A stretch of 62,726 nt of DNA, filler included, from Choristocarpus tenellus KU-1152 (GCA_964200185.2; 12 parts of 12 records of this genome joined end to end with filler, not necessarily neighbours in it), one strand, 5' to 3'; counted from the whole stretch's first letter, positions 1-13,379 are shown. Notes: generated by a model not told the origin, from the sequence alone. Numbers and translations are program-made.

Positions 1-794
1 ATGCGCAATAACAAGGGGGAGACAGCCCTCTATGTGGCCTGTTATTGGGGACAAGTGGACACCATCAGGTGAGGAGTGTGAGGACCTTGAGAAGAAGAGG
101 CAGGGAGCAATGACCAGTAAGGTTTTTGACACCCCTTTGCAGTGAGAGATGGTCTGAATGTTAGAGACTGGGGATATGATACGAAGACAAACAAGGAGAA
201 ACATGTACACCAATCAGATAGCCTGAATGTTGGATGGAGCCAACAAGTTGCATTTGAACAGCAACATTTTCTTTCTTGACATTGCGGGTTGTCCAGGCTT
301 CCAACCTTTTCGAGCCTTGAAATTTGTTTAAAAATTCTATTGGGAACAGGTCACTCTCAAAGTGCACAGGAGTGAGATAGTGTACTCATCTGTGGCCGAT
401 GATGCTTCAGTATAGTATTTGTTTTTTGTCCTTTGGCTGCATGTTGTACCTCTGTGGGTGCCAATTTCCTCATACTCCTTCTAGGTACCTTCTTGAGGCA
501 GGAGCTGATCCTTTTGCCACTGACTACTCCGGCAACTACCCTGGGGAATTTTCTGAAATAGATCCAGATGAAAAGTACATGTCTGGGGAACAAGGAGGTC
601 TACTGCAGAATGTGGAAGATGTTATTGATGAAATGCTAGAGGTGGCAAGAGAAAACTTTGCAGGGCGATTGGAGCCAGGAGCGGAAATGGGAACACCCAG
701 TTTGGAGGGATTGCCACACGAGGAGGACAACTGGCAACAGGATCTTGAGGAATGGGAAAGATCAGGAAGTTTTGGAGATGGATTTGAGTTGTAG
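1..794 (+). CDS. Ankyrin-repeat protein, last two exons (1..68, 485..794), 5' end outside window
   Basis: Exon 1..68 reads RNNKGETALYVACYWGQVDTIR, GT donor at 69; AG acceptor at 483-484 then YLLEAGADPF...DVIDEMLEVARENFAGR...stop 794. Ankyrin consensus GxTALxxA...LLxxGAD. Confidence 0.85.
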
Positions 795-905
795 TCAGTC
801 CTTGTGTCTAGCTAGGGTTCCATTTAAAACATGTGTTATTGGTGGTGTGTTGTTTCTGTCGCAATGTATGTTGTATGTTTTTTATTTGTATGGGGATTAT
901 CAGTC

Positions 906-928
906 TTAGGGTTAGGGTTAGGGTTAGG
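906..928 (+). repeat. Interstitial telomere-like (TTAGGG)n tract
   Basis: ttagggttagggttagggttagg read directly. Confidence 0.8.
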
Positions 929-2672
929 TAATATATTTGATCAAGAGTTGATGTATGGAGTTATTGAAATGCACCAGTGCACTTAAAATCTCAGAAGCCT
1001 TTGAAGGTTGTGAGGTATAAACCTACAAAATGGGGTGGATAAAGCTAACATGATCGGTCTAGGCTAAGCACAAAAGCAAATGCAGACACATTTTGTCAAG
1101 TCAGGCAAGTACTGACCATGCATGGTCAGACCATATTTGTAGCGATGCGGATCCTAATATAGCGATTTAATCACAACAATTTGATTAGATTGCACTTCAT
1201 CAACACAGAAAATTGAGGGCCACTTGTTGTGTGTATGTCCACTCTGCTTGATGATCTGGGCAACCTGACTTACACAGGTCATTCTGTGTCCGTCTTGGTA
1301 GTAACCAGGTACAGCGACAGCATTTTTTGCCAATTTCACTTACGTACTCATGAATATGCTTCAATTCAGACCACATTTTTTTTACCCCACTATTATAAAG
1401 AAGACATTCATACTCGAGGGCTCACTACCAGAAGGTGATCACAAATTCAAATTGGACATGGTCGTGTGGATAGACGCATACGGGTGCAGTGGTATAGGAA
1501 GTAAGACTGTCTATTTCAAGAAGGAAATTTGGTCCCAAAATCATGACTACAGGCATTTGGTGCAATTTTCCTCAGGCTGCATCACACCACTTTGAGTTCT
1601 ACTTCACACCTTCACATGCAACTTCAGCACAATCTCAGACCTCATCAGCGATTTAAGTATATTTCTTAATTAGATTGTCTGGTAGTAGATGTTAAGGGCA
1701 CCAAAGGATAATGTAAGGTGACCCTAGCAACAACAGATATGATACGATTGGGTTGACTCTTTAGGGTTTCACTGCATGCCATGAACAAAATGTAATGTTT
1801 GATAGGTTCACACACCAACTCCAATCTTACCTAGGGGTATTTCAAACGCTCTATACTAACTGCACAAGACATCTCAAGATTTGAACATGAGACATCAGAT
1901 CCATACCCCTGGTTGCAGCACTAATGATTCAGCTAATGCTTTGTTGAAGTCCTCTAAATCCTTGTGGTTAAATTAATCAAACAAAAGGGTGCATCTATTC
2001 ATGGCTACAGTTCTCCATATCCTGTATATCAGATAACTGAAATTCAGGAAACTATACAGGTGCACAGGAGTACCACTCTGACCTATTCTGACGGTCCACA
2101 CTGTAACCCCACACCTGTACCCATGGTGCACCTGTGACTTCACCAATATCAGATACAGACTTGAAGTTCAACTTTGGACCTGTACCTGCATCATTGGTAC
2201 CTCCAAAAAAACTGACCATCTCCCTTGTGAGAAGAGGAACCCTACACAAGGTTGAGGTCAAAACCTTGCACTGGTATCCACAACATTCCTGAGACCAAAC
2301 TTTCAGGTTTGGTGTGCAGGAGAATGCACAATCCTTTGTGCCCGCTAGGCTTCCCTAACCCTCATATGTACTATTGGACATGATATTGGACATGATCGAG
2401 ATTATACGGGGCACTTCTATTGCAAGAACGTGAGGTAGGCTAGGGACAACACTACCAAACAATTACAGCAACAGGGCAAAACCTACACATGAACCATTGA
2501 CCCTGATGGATAAAGGATGCAACGTGCCTCAGTTGTGTTCAGATGCTCAGGTCTGAGAATAACACAATGCCAACTGATCAACTGACCCCTCATGGTTATC
2601 TCTGACACACCTCATCGCCAAAGGTCTTCTGTGCACTTTCCCGGCAAATGCACGCCCCCACCTGTAACAAAA

Positions 2673-5600
2673 TTATCTCCCTGTGATCAAAGCTGCCCTG
2701 GCTTCCTCTAGTAGTTCAACAATTACTTCCGAGGGTAACGGCTCCCCTTCGCTGTCAACTTCCCCACCCCTGTAATCCTCCTGGCCTGCCCCTGACACAA
2801 AAACTGTGTCGAAGTGGTCACCAGCACGTTTGCCAGAGGTATTGACAACATTTGGATCGGCTCCTGCCTCAAGTAGGTACCTGAAAGCACGTTGGTAGCA
2901 ACGGCAACATCCTGTGTCACTGGTTCAATCTACCACCAGCATGTTAATGGTTCGCTATCTTTCCCCTGCAAAAAAAAAAATGAAGCAATCAATCGACATA
3001 GTTGCACCCTGACTTGACACATCGATCGACAGACTTGTACCCTGAATTGACACATCGATCAACAGACTTGTACCCTGAATTGACACATCGATCGACAGAC
3101 TTCTTTTTCCACTTAACCCCCCTACACAAATTAAGGTGCAGGATGTCGATACAAGGAATGTACCATGTACAGTTTCAATATTATGTAGGAGGTAAGTGCT
3201 CACAACTGTCCTGACAGAAATCCCATCTTCACCCTGTCCCTCAAAACAAAATTGACACAATTGACACAATTGAAATGAAGTAAGGAAGTAGTCATAGGTA
3301 TAGCTGGAAGTGAATGGGGGGCACTGACAAAAGTAATGAGCTACCAAAAGAAGTATGTTTCCCACTCCCCTGCCTCCGTCTTCCTCCACAAGAGTGCAGA
3401 ACACTCCAGAATGTAAGGAAAAAGCGCATGGAGGAAGTCTACTGGATCGACACGATTGGGACTATAGCAATTTGTGCATGCAACTAAAAATAAAAGATAA
3501 AAAAGGGATTGAAAAGAGTCAGGAATAAGGAGTCACAAAGTTCTTTCAACATCCTACATTGGCACGGTTAGAACTTCGACAATGGGGGCAATGACCAGTG
3601 GCTTCCCAGCAACGGCCTTCCTTCCAAATGAAAGTAGGAAGCATCATATGGTTGGAGTGATTGGAACAAATTGCGTACCAATCCAATATGTACACTAAGG
3701 CAGACCCTTGCAAATATTGGGAAGGGTAATGAGAAATAGTACCACTCTGCTCAATTCCAGAAGATACAGCCTCAAAAAATGTCGGGTGGCACACGAAGGG
3801 ATGTCTGAACCTCAGTCGAGGTGACTAAAGTGCCTCGCAGAAAACTCAGTGAAATATAGGACGCTCCTCTACATTTGCTCTTACCTTACAGATTCAACAT
3901 TTCCCCAGAAAGAAGCAAGGTTAAGTGCAGTGTCGCCCTTCAGGTTTCTTGCATCCAAGTTTGCACCACACCTTTCAACCAGAGTCTTAACCATAGCTGG
4001 CACAGGGTGGTGAGGATAAGTCAATGAGGGGCATATGAGGGTGAGCAGTGGACAAGGGAATGTGGATAGAGTGGAAGGTACAAGTCTTCTCACCACACAC
4101 AAAATTCAATGTTTTACAATCTTACGCTATACTCTTTTTAATACTTCAAGAGACTCATAGTATGTGTGATCCATCATTGGCAGAAAAAAAATTTGGAGGT
4201 AGCTGTACCACTGTACCTCTATGATTCCAACCTATTTACTCTCGTTAAAAACCCACTTTAATGTCTTGAAAGCATACGCATGTTCTGTATCACATTGTGG
4301 CAGCAGGACTGGTGGAGGAAACCTCATTTACAACACACTCAAACTCTAAACAGAGTCACGTATTCCAGACTCTTCAAGAATCACCATCTGCAGTATTGAG
4401 ACAAACTACTTCTTTGAACAATGGAAGGGCACAACTAGTCCCCTAGTCTATTTGCTGCATCATGTAGCCTTGTTTGCAGTCCAGATGGATCCTTCCAAAT
4501 GGTCCATTTCAACCAAGACTTCCGTCACGCTTTAAGGAAGTACGAATCTACCCTGTATTCAAGGACCAATCACCAATCACCAATCACCAATCACCAATCA
4601 AGGAAGTATGAACTTGTACCAGTGTGATGCCGTAGATAAAACAGGAAAATTTAAAGTCAAACCTATCCCATTCGAAAAGGATGCAATCTCTTTCTGGGTT
4701 TGGGTTTGGGTTTGGGTTTGGGTTTGGGTTTGGTTGTCGTTCAACAATGCCTTCAAAACAATACATTCAAGCATGTACCTTTTCCCCTTCGCTCATGAGA
4801 AATAAATAAAAATCCCTTTCATCTTTGCTAGCAACATTGTGCAACATTCAGCGACCCCAAGTCAAATTTCTTACAGTCTATGGTCAAGTAGAGCTGCTGA
4901 AGGGGTCCACATGACTGCTCCACCTGGACCACTGTTCCTGGCATTGTGATACTCTGTACCAAATCTCAGTCAGGATCCACCTACTCCGTGGCAATAATGT
5001 ATATATATATATATATATATATACATTTCGACCCAGGAACCTTGTCACAAACTCTACATGGGTTGATGAAATGAATCAGGGTGTTTTCCTCATGTTTTCC
5101 TATCACTCATCACCTACTATTATAACAGAAGTGATAAAAATATACTAGTATGATCCAATACTAGGGTCTTCAATTTCTTCCTGTCTTCCCCATCACCTCA
5201 AGCAAAGCCCATAGTTGACAAAAACTCACATGTATACCCATAGTACGCTGCCAGCATGAGAGGTGTCCTAAACACAACCAGAATATTGGTCCACAACAGC
5301 AGCAGTAACCATGTAACCAAGAGAGTAGGGTCAGTATTGCATCAGGACGTCTGAGAAGAACACCCTCAGTCTCAACGGTACTCTTGTTTTGTACCACAAA
5401 GCACATGTAAGCAGCATGCACACACAAATGTCAAAAAGAAGAAGATACATTCTCTCAACAGGAAAGTCGTTTGTTTTTCTAACCCTTTTTGACTACTTAC
5501 TCTTAACGTGGTGATGTATACAGAGCACATAATACATCTACAGATAGCAGGGGTGCTGCAGCCACTACTATCTCAGTGCAAGACAGCATCTCCTTCGTGG

Positions 5601-6889
5601 CAACCCAAGGTGCGGGAAAGGATTGCAGAACTCAAGTGAGAATGATCCTCATGATGTATAGGTTAACCAATTTGATTGGGTGACACACAGTAAAATGAGT
5701 GGATATATACCAGAAGTCTGATGAAGGGTGCTTTGATTGGTTTGAGGGTGGAGGGGTAGGCTGGGGTGGAGGTGCTATTATGCATTATCAAGGAATGAGG
5801 AGCATCTCAACTAAGAAGAAGAGGTGGTATGAATCGGACCAGGCAGGGGGGGTAGGTACTGGGATTCCAATATATTCTAGGATTCCTCCTGAACGTGATT
5901 CAGAGAAGGCCAAGGACAAAGCAATAAACTCACTCTCCATTGATGTCCTTGGCATAGTTGACATCGGCTCCACCATCCTCAATCAGCTTCAGGACAACAG
6001 ATGACATCTCATTCTCAATGGCCAACATAACAGGGGTGTCCCCTATGCGTGTGGTTGCCCAAAACGCGTGGGTGCACAGGTTTGTAGGGGCGTGTGGATA
6101 TTATCCGCTAAATCGAGACATTGAGGGGAGCATATGCATGTCATAGGTTTTTTCAACATGGAATTTTTCATTAATTAAGTTTGGACCTAGATATTGATCG
6201 TCATTGGAGAAGGGGCTATCAAGCATGCAATTTTCTTCGCACGCCTGAATTCTAAGACTTTAAGGTGGCCTTTTGAGCCAAAATGTCAAGATGTGATCGT
6301 AGATGTCAACTTCAAGTGAGACCCTACGTTCGAGGGAGAGCTAACCGACCAGAGCACCAATGCAACGTAGTCTCAGTCTTAGCAAAACTGGCCTAAACGA
6401 CAATAATACCTACAGTCCCATGAAGCAGAGGTTGGTTAGCTACCCACTAGACTGGAAATAGCGTGCATCCCAAGTATTCGATTCCAAATTTCCCAGGATG
6501 CTATATAGTTGTAGTAACAAATATGTCAAAAGATCCTTTCATGAGTCAGTGGACGCGTCATCACCATTGCCATCTTGCAAGCTGCAATCTCCACCCTTCT
6601 TGATGTACTCGAGGACAACCTGAGCATCTCCATTCATCAGAGCATCGAATATGTCATTCGACCCACTAGGAGTCTTGAATTCACTGTCAGAACTCGTCGA
6701 AAGTAAGCTTCTCGCCTCCGTTCGCCAATCTCTTTGACTATGTTTACAAAGATTGCATTCGGACCCAGGCCTATTGCGACCCTTGAGAATTTTGACGGAC
6801 GACAACGGCAGGCAGTGGGATGTAAGAAAACCCTCCACAGGTACCGAGACCAAACCCCACAGACTGAGTACAAGTAATTCAACCTTCAT
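2673..6889 (-). CDS. Complete 5-exon ankyrin-repeat protein with N-terminal signal peptide, probably plastid-targeted; exons 6565..6889, 5934..6042, 5230..5267, 3885..3996, 2673..2880
   Basis: All introns GT-AG and phases match. Spliced protein: MKVELLVLSLWGLVSVPVEG-FL...IFDALMNGDAQVVLEYIKKGGDCSLQDGNG/DTPVMLAIENEMSSVVLKLIEDGGADVNYAKDINGE/TPLMLAAYYGYTS/MVKTLVERCGANLDARNLKGDTALNLASFWGNVESVR/YLLEAGADPNVVNTSGK...ELLEEARAALITGR*, about four ankyrin repeats. Confidence 0.9.
2990..3101. repeat. Intronic minisatellite, 33-bp unit, about 3 copies
   Basis: ttgacacatcgatcgacagacttgtaccctgaa repeated in tandem. Confidence 0.85.
4695..4733 (+). repeat. (TTTGGG)n microsatellite, telomere-variant-like, intronic
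   Basis: tgggtttgggtttgggttt... read directly; an (ACCAATC)n tract lies nearby at ~4565-4600. Confidence 0.8.
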
Positions 6890-8289
6890 CGTTTGACTGT
6901 GTGGAGTGTGGTGTAGGTCAGTAGCGTGTCATGTCATAAGTTCCCACTTACGCGAGCATTCGCGCGAGACTGGACGAGGTATCTTCGTAAGATACAAGTT
7001 AGATCTTCTCCACATCGAAGTTCTACACTTGCCCGCTGGAGGTCGTCCTTCCCTCACTCCCCACCCACCCTAGCCATTTCAAAGGGATATGGGTCAGAAT
7101 GAAGGCTTTTTCTTTCGAGATTTACTCCTGAGACGGTGGAGAGGAGAAAGGACCACGGAAAGTGGCTTGAACCACGTAGTCTCAGATGTTGTGAAGACGC
7201 TCCTATTTTTGATCAGGAAGAGGAAGAGAGGTCCCTGACACTTGACGCAGATTCTCGCCTCCACTTGGCCCTGGCATCCTTTGTAGCGTGTGTTCACCCG
7301 CCAGATTTAGAGCCCAAGTTAATTTACTTCGCCTCCGCTTGTACATGGTAACACGTCGTGGCATGAGATGCGCGTATCTGACATCTCTATCTCCTGGTCA
7401 CCGCCCGAACCCTGAACAAGTTCCAAGGCATTTGTTTATGCAGATGCCTTTGAATTGTAGCCTGCAATAGGTTCAAGTACGAGGGGTGCCTCAGGAGATG
7501 GAAGTGTCGAGTATCCGCATCCCCTGCCATGGAGTGTCTCCATTCACAGGTGGAGAGGGAAGTGTACTGACTTAAGCCCTAAATCTGAGAATGAATGCAT
7601 CCTATGAAGGGTGTGGCCAATGGAGGCAAGGATTTGCGCCAAGTCTAGACACCTCTCTTTCGCCGTTAAACCTTGGAGTAGACAAACCTCATCCGTTAGT
7701 GCTCTGTTGATCCGTGCAACTTCGTTTCTTCTGACACTAACCAGTCGCTGTTGTTGTTCGTTTCTTCGCCAAAATATATTGTCGGTGCCACGTTCTCCAG
7801 CCTTACACCCCTTATTAATATATAGTAGTCGTCTGTACAGACAGATCCATGTGCGGGATATTTGGACTTCACGCCTTATTATTCTAGTAGTACTAACTTC
7901 TCCCGGCCTAGTGGCAGGGAACAATCTGGGTGTAGCGAGGGATGCAACTTTGTGGAGGGGGTGGGAGATCGTTGTAGTGGGGGGTGTCTCAGCAGCACGC
8001 AGCGCGCGAGGTTTGGTGTATGACTGATAATTGGATTGTATTCTGTTAGAAGAGTGTAAATCGTCAGACTTTGTAATGGCGCGGTTCACCAAGGCAAAGG
8101 TAGTGAAGATGATCATTAGGTAAGACGGACCAAACGGAAATGATGAACCACAATCAAGTGGATGAGGTTAAGGTTGGACAAGTGAAATTGAAGATAGACA
8201 AGAGGGGAAAACTAAGATGCATTTGGAGTCTCGAATGGTCCATCAATGATTGGTTGGTTTCTAAACTGATCCTCCTCTATGGATTGATC

Positions 8290-8994
8290 CTTCCCTGTGG
8301 AACCAAGGTACTTCACCAGGGTGGTCAAAATTCTTGGAAAAAACGTTAAACAATATGATGTTGTATGGCAATAAGCGTCATGATAAAAATCACCACCGTT
8401 TCCAGAAGAAGAGTTCAGAATATTATTGTCATTTTGGTCCCAATCGAAATTTGCGACCTGGTGGCAAGGGATATATTCTTGTCAACCGACAAGCCCTGAT
8501 GATGTCAACCCACCTTTTCAGGTCTCAACTAGAGAGCTTGACTGCTAAAAAAAAAAAAAGGCGAGAGCCAATGCCAACCAAAGATACACCTTATGTACCT
8601 GCCAATGTCAGCGTGGCATCTTCATACACAGCCCATTTTTTGGACGCTGCCTAGGAATCTCTTTCCCCCCCTTGATGGAGGTTGCTGCTTGGGAGGATGG
8701 TGTGCAAGTGATTAAGCTCAAGCAAACTTCCTAGAAGAAGGTTGGGAAGACTGGGAAAGGGCACGGAAACAACTCAGCATAGACCGCCAAAATGCCCTCT
8801 CCCCGAAGGTATTGAAAATGGTTGGCGGACAACTCCAATGGGTGAGAGTGTCTGCCTTGGAGGAGTTTCTTGACAACTACACAAAGTGAAAAAATTATTT
8901 TATGGTGGGGACCAAGCTGGTTTCTATCAACAACTGAAAGGGTTCAATATTGAGAGAACCAGAGAGGGTGCCTCTCAGCATATCCGTGGTAAGT
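8290..8994 (+). mobile_element. Degenerate RTE-type LINE, endonuclease-to-RT linker region
   Basis: Frameshifted translation WEDWERARKQL...KVLKMVGGQLQWVRVSALEEFLDNY...GDQAGFYQQLKGFNIE...SQHIR resembles, from recall, the GDQxGFYxxLKG..SQxI linker of brown-algal RTE LINEs; stops present; cut by a MITE-A end at 8995. Confidence 0.6.
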
Positions 8995-9035
8995 GGGTCA
9001 AAGTATCTGGGGGGGGGAGGGTGGTTTGTGAGGGG

Positions 9036-9135
9036 NNNNNNNNNNNNNNNNNNNNNNNNNNNNNNNNNNNNNNNNNNNNTTAATTAATTAANNNNNNNNN
9101 NNNNNNNNNNNNNNNNNNNNNNNNNNNNNNNNNNN
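9036..9135. other. Artificial scaffold spacer N..TTAATTAATTAA..N (also at ~11683, 16032, 19504, 25194, 29247, 34696, 40012, 43911, 46685, 59525)
   Basis: Identical 12-mer giving stops in all six frames, centred in ~100-nt N runs, 11 times. Confidence 0.95.
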
Positions 9136-9885
9136 CCTGACACATCTGCAAAATGTCAGAGGGCATAATAATAAAAATAATATGTATCATAACAAGGAAA
9201 TAATCTACCAGATTCTACTTTCAACCAGGATCGAACTAGACAACACGGTATGAGCTGAAACTTGCATCCAAAAAATTGTGCAGCATCAAAGACTTAGCAA
9301 CGTCCGTATGCAACACCAAAGTGCATTCCACACGTATCTATATGCAGCCAAGGCGGCGTGCTGACATGCGCAGTCCCATGCACTCCACTGTGTAGTTGTA
9401 CGTATCACCAACCAATTCGAGAAGTGTCTGGCACCACGTCAGGAATGTAACCAATGGGAAAGACTACTACCGAGTATGTACATAGTAAAGCAGTACTCTA
9501 AAATCAATGTTTTTTTAATACTTGACAGTGCTTGACTATGAAACCTTGTTTTGCTGTTCGTTTTGGTGTCTAATAACGATTCCATTTAAGCGCTTGGAAA
9601 TCCATTGTTCTTGAAACAATACTAGTAATATTAGTGGTACGACGACCATTTACCTGCTGGGGGTCCAACATTGTAAACACCTTCATAGCCATGTATACAT
9701 ATGGATCATTGTAGGGTGTGAGGTGTGGAACGTGGAGTTCCTAGTGATACCCAGGATATGCTTGAGGTAGAAAGCCACAGACAGAATTTCTGAAGGTGCA
9801 GGAGGTGTGAAGTAAAGTTAACGAGAGTTACCCAAGGTTGCATTTTAGGGATGTATACAAATAATGTGGGAAAATCGCTTTTTAC

Positions 9886-10215
9886 ACCTCAAAGTATCTG
9901 GTGGGGGGTGGCGGCTGTCTATTTGGGGTAATTTGGTTGCAGACTTTGGTGGATAATGTGAAGGCTCAAAGTATCTGGGGGGGGGGTGGCGGCTGTCCAA
10001 TTGGGGACAATTTTTTTATGTCGCGATTTTTGTGTGATTTGGTCGCATACGTCAGATGGATAATGTATTTGCACTTTTCCTGGTTATGACCCAAATGGAT
10101 ACTCTGGTGTAGACCCCTCCCCCCCCAGATACTTCGGGTCAAATGTACTTTTCCTGATTTTGGACCAAATGGACACCCTGGTGTAGACCCCCCCCCTCCC
10201 CCAGATACTTTGGGT
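9886..10215 (+). mobile_element. MITE family A, one copy (9963..10140) nested in another copy
   Basis: Two left ends (AAAGTATCTG-G-tract) then two right ends (C-tract-AGATACTT); the outer internal sequence ggataatgt|aaatgtacttttcctg is split by the inner copy. Confidence 0.75.
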
Positions 10216-12151
10216 ACACAAATTCGTCTAGGGACTATTCTGAAATCTGACTGAGTTCTTCAAACAATGGAGAAATTGACGCTCTCAAGTCGATCGGAGC
10301 ACCCATCCATAGATAGCACCTGGGAAAACATGTCTGAGAGAGGTTATTCCAATGGACCAATCCTGTAGCAGACGTGTGCTACTTTCACCTTTTCCCCACA
10401 GGCCCATCCCCTTTGCTCCATATCTTCACCCTACTGCTGCACAACTCTGGAGGAGAGACATCCAAACAAGGATATATATTTACTATCTATTCAACGCACA
10501 ATTGGAAGCTGGCATATCACAGCTCGACTCCATCATCCCAAGAGCTCGACTCCAAGTCCCACACTGCCCAGCAAGGGGATGGGAAAAAAGAACAACGAGC
10601 TTCTCTCAAATCGGATACTAATACATAGTAGACAAAAGTAGATCATTCGCCCATTTTGAGGCCCATTCATTTGGTGATATTCTACAAAACCAAAAACCAA
10701 CAGAAACTCAAAACGATAACCTCTCCTATACAGTATTCAAGTCAAACTGAACTAGAGATCAAGATCCAAAAGTTCTTGAAAATCCGAATTCTGTGGAAGC
10801 ACTAGGAAGGCATATTTCACACATGTTGACCCAAATACATGAAAGATTTGGGAAAGGCTGAAACACAACCAAGCCACGATTACATATTGATCGAGGCTGC
10901 CTCAACTGAGTGTATCTAGCATCCATCGACACTTCTCTCTCCCCACTGCAAAGTCCATGCCTGATAGATGACATTCTTGCCTCGGCGTCGAGAACTGCTT
11001 TTCTGAACTCAGCTTTCCTGGTGAGTACTAGGTATCGTCCTATATATATTTTTTTTTACACTAAACCACAAGTGTAAAAATCCCTGGGATAGGCAGACAG
11101 CATACTCCACTCGTGTTGTTGTATGCTTCAAAGGTCTCCATTTCATCAAAGAGATGTTCAAGCCACCAGGAGCGTTAAATGCGATAAGGTGGTCAAATTA
11201 CGATCAGCAAACAGAAACGACCCGAGTGCATATGTTAGGAAGTTTGTCCGACTGTCAAAGTTGAAACAACTTAAGGGAATAGATCGTCTCGCGTGACACA
11301 CATGATTTTTAAAGGCTTACGAAGTCGCATTGTAGACGGAGGTTTCAATACATTGTAGCAAGTCGTGTTCGCCTATCATATTGTATCAACTACCGTATGG
11401 AAGGCCGGTCCGTTTAGACCCACACTAGGGTTGGGTGCTAGATGGATTGTTGCCATTGGCAAGTCCAACAGGGCCTACTTTTCACGAGGAATCTGAGGAT
11501 GACCACCTTTACTCTGATTTGTCATGTGGGAGGATTTTTTTTTTTTTGATACAGATTTTGGCAGTTGGTAGTGCATGCATATGCAAAAATACATATTGTC
11601 ACTATTATTCTTAATGGTGTTAACATAGCATCTTGTGTGTGGGCTCAAAGTATCTGGGAGGGGGTGGCGGCTGTCCATTTGGNNNNNNNNNNNNNNNNNN
11701 NNNNNNNNNNNNNNNNNNNNNNNNNNTTAATTAATTAANNNNNNNNNNNNNNNNNNNNNNNNNNNNNNNNNNNNNNNNNNNNCCCCCCATATACTTTGGG
11801 TCTATGTACGCCAAAAACGGCAGACAGGACAAGCAAGAACCATAAAAAGGGGGATGTGCATGAGCAGGACTGTACTTTAGACCATTTGTGGTACAGGAAG
11901 TGGTACACGGAGGAGTTACTCCCCGCAATCAAGACCAAGATGCCTTGGTTGCAGGGGAAGCACATTGTCGTTCAGCAAGATGGTGCCACCCCCCACACGG
12001 CCAAGGGCAACTCAGAAGTCTTGTCAGGCGTAGGGAAAACTGAGGGGTGGTCGATTAGGATTGTGACACAGTCATCTAACTCCCCCGACGTCAATATCAT
12101 GGACCTGTGCTTCTTCAGGTCTTTGAAATGCCTGGTGATTGGGGATCGGTT

Positions 12152-12823
12152 TGTTCGTAGATAGTGCTGGTGATACACTATAGACACCATCGGTGGAGTA
12201 GATTAGGAAAGGCAGAGACACCACTGGTGGTGGAGTAGTGGAGGATAAGTAGAGCCAGATAAATGTTTCTATATACTTCAGTTGAGCTCTACCCAACGTT
12301 CATATATTGTAGGGACCTGAGTGAAAGTATCTTAGAGGGTACGAGTTTTGCCCTGTTTGTCAATTTGGGGCTTGGCTTCACATGGGGTTTTTTTATGACA
12401 TTTTCCTACTCCAAAATGTTTAGGAGTAGATAAAGTGTGTATGTTACGAAAAGGCGTGTCCGAAATATAGATATTGACACTTCCTAACAAACACGATAAC
12501 CAAAATTGCATCAAAATCGCAACATTGGATTTAAGCTCCTAAATGTAAGCGGATCTACTCTCTAAGATACTTTGGCTCGCCTGATATTAGATTATCTGTT
12601 CATATATCACATACGGTACATATGGTAAGAAGATAGTCTGATTATCCATGTGGACGTTGCAAATCTCACATGGTAGTCTGCACTTGTCTCACTCCCACCA
12701 ATTCAGTCAGTGGAATTGAGACCATAAGCCTCTTGTAGCATTAATGTTGTATATCTACATCAAGCCATTTATTGTCCTCTATCAAGGCACACAGCCGCGG
12801 GTCCAGTGTGGAATATTTCAACA
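12152..12823. mobile_element. Solo LTR with 5-bp TSD CGGTT
   Basis: Starts TGTT, ends AACA, flanked by cggtt on both sides; removing it restores the mariner sequence seen in the 19.6-21.3 kb copy; a related partial copy starts at 59176. Confidence 0.85.
12319..12578. mobile_element. MITE family B (~260 bp) inside the solo LTR
   Basis: TIRs GAGTGAAAGTATCTTAGAGGGTA ... TACTCTCTAAGATACTTTGGCTC. Confidence 0.85.
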
Positions 12824-13379
12824 CGGTTTGGGTCCGTCAAGGCGATGGTGAAGGTCATTAAGAAATTGCATGAGGAGTTTGATGAAACCACACTTGAGAG
12901 GGCTTGCCAGCTCGTTTTTGTGGTGTACAATCAAGTACTTAGATACAAAGGGGGGAATGGTTTCAGTGTGGAGCACACAGGGGTAAGGAAGAGGCAGTTG
13001 TCTGGTGAGCCTGAAACCACGCTAAAGAAGGTAGACATGGAGACTTTTTCTGTGGCTGATAAAACTGTGACGGATGGGGAGTAATAATAAAAATAGCTGA
13101 CCCTAACCAGAAATTCGTAGGATTCCAAATCTTCTTTCAGAAATGAATTTCATCAACATCTCCTAAAGTTATGGAAAACGCGGCACAGACTTACAGCACG
13201 GAGGTAGTACATAATAAAATCTAATCGACTGTTTACCCGCCTACCCTCTTGTTGAAGGCAACCACGGTTGACCCCAATTGGTCCTTCTTGTGTTTTAGTG
13301 CCTCTAATTCCTCAGGATATTGGACAACTCCTTGAATAGTTGCCTGTTGATTCTCAAATACATGAGATCCTCCACCTTT

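Larger units (their letters stand above)
11803..13207 (+). mobile_element. Plant-mariner-like (Tc1/mariner) transposon, 3' half, interrupted by a solo LTR
   Basis: VVQQDGATPH...QSSNSPDVNIMDLCFF catalytic motifs; the ORF resumes at ~12829 (GSVKAMVK...YNQVLRYKGGNGF); ends GCACGGAGGTAG+TA like Stowaway/plant-MLE termini. Confidence 0.85.

Noticed and set aside
1150-2450. Short ORFs between the ankyrin genes
   Set aside because: No recognisable motif or consistent exon chain.
2990-3101. 33-bp repeats as a CRISPR array
   Set aside because: Head-to-tail units with no unique spacers, in a eukaryotic intron, with no cas genes.
7100-8120. Possible gene divergent from the ankyrin gene (ORFs 7136, 7544, 7611)
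   Set aside because: Some splice-like sites, but no start, domain or consistent model could be supported.
9080-9091. Recurring TTAATTAATTAA palindrome
   Set aside because: Always centred in N runs; an artificial six-frame-stop scaffold linker.
9200-9270. B-box-like GTTCGATCC on the minus strand (tRNA or SINE)
   Set aside because: No cloverleaf, A-box or second copy seen.
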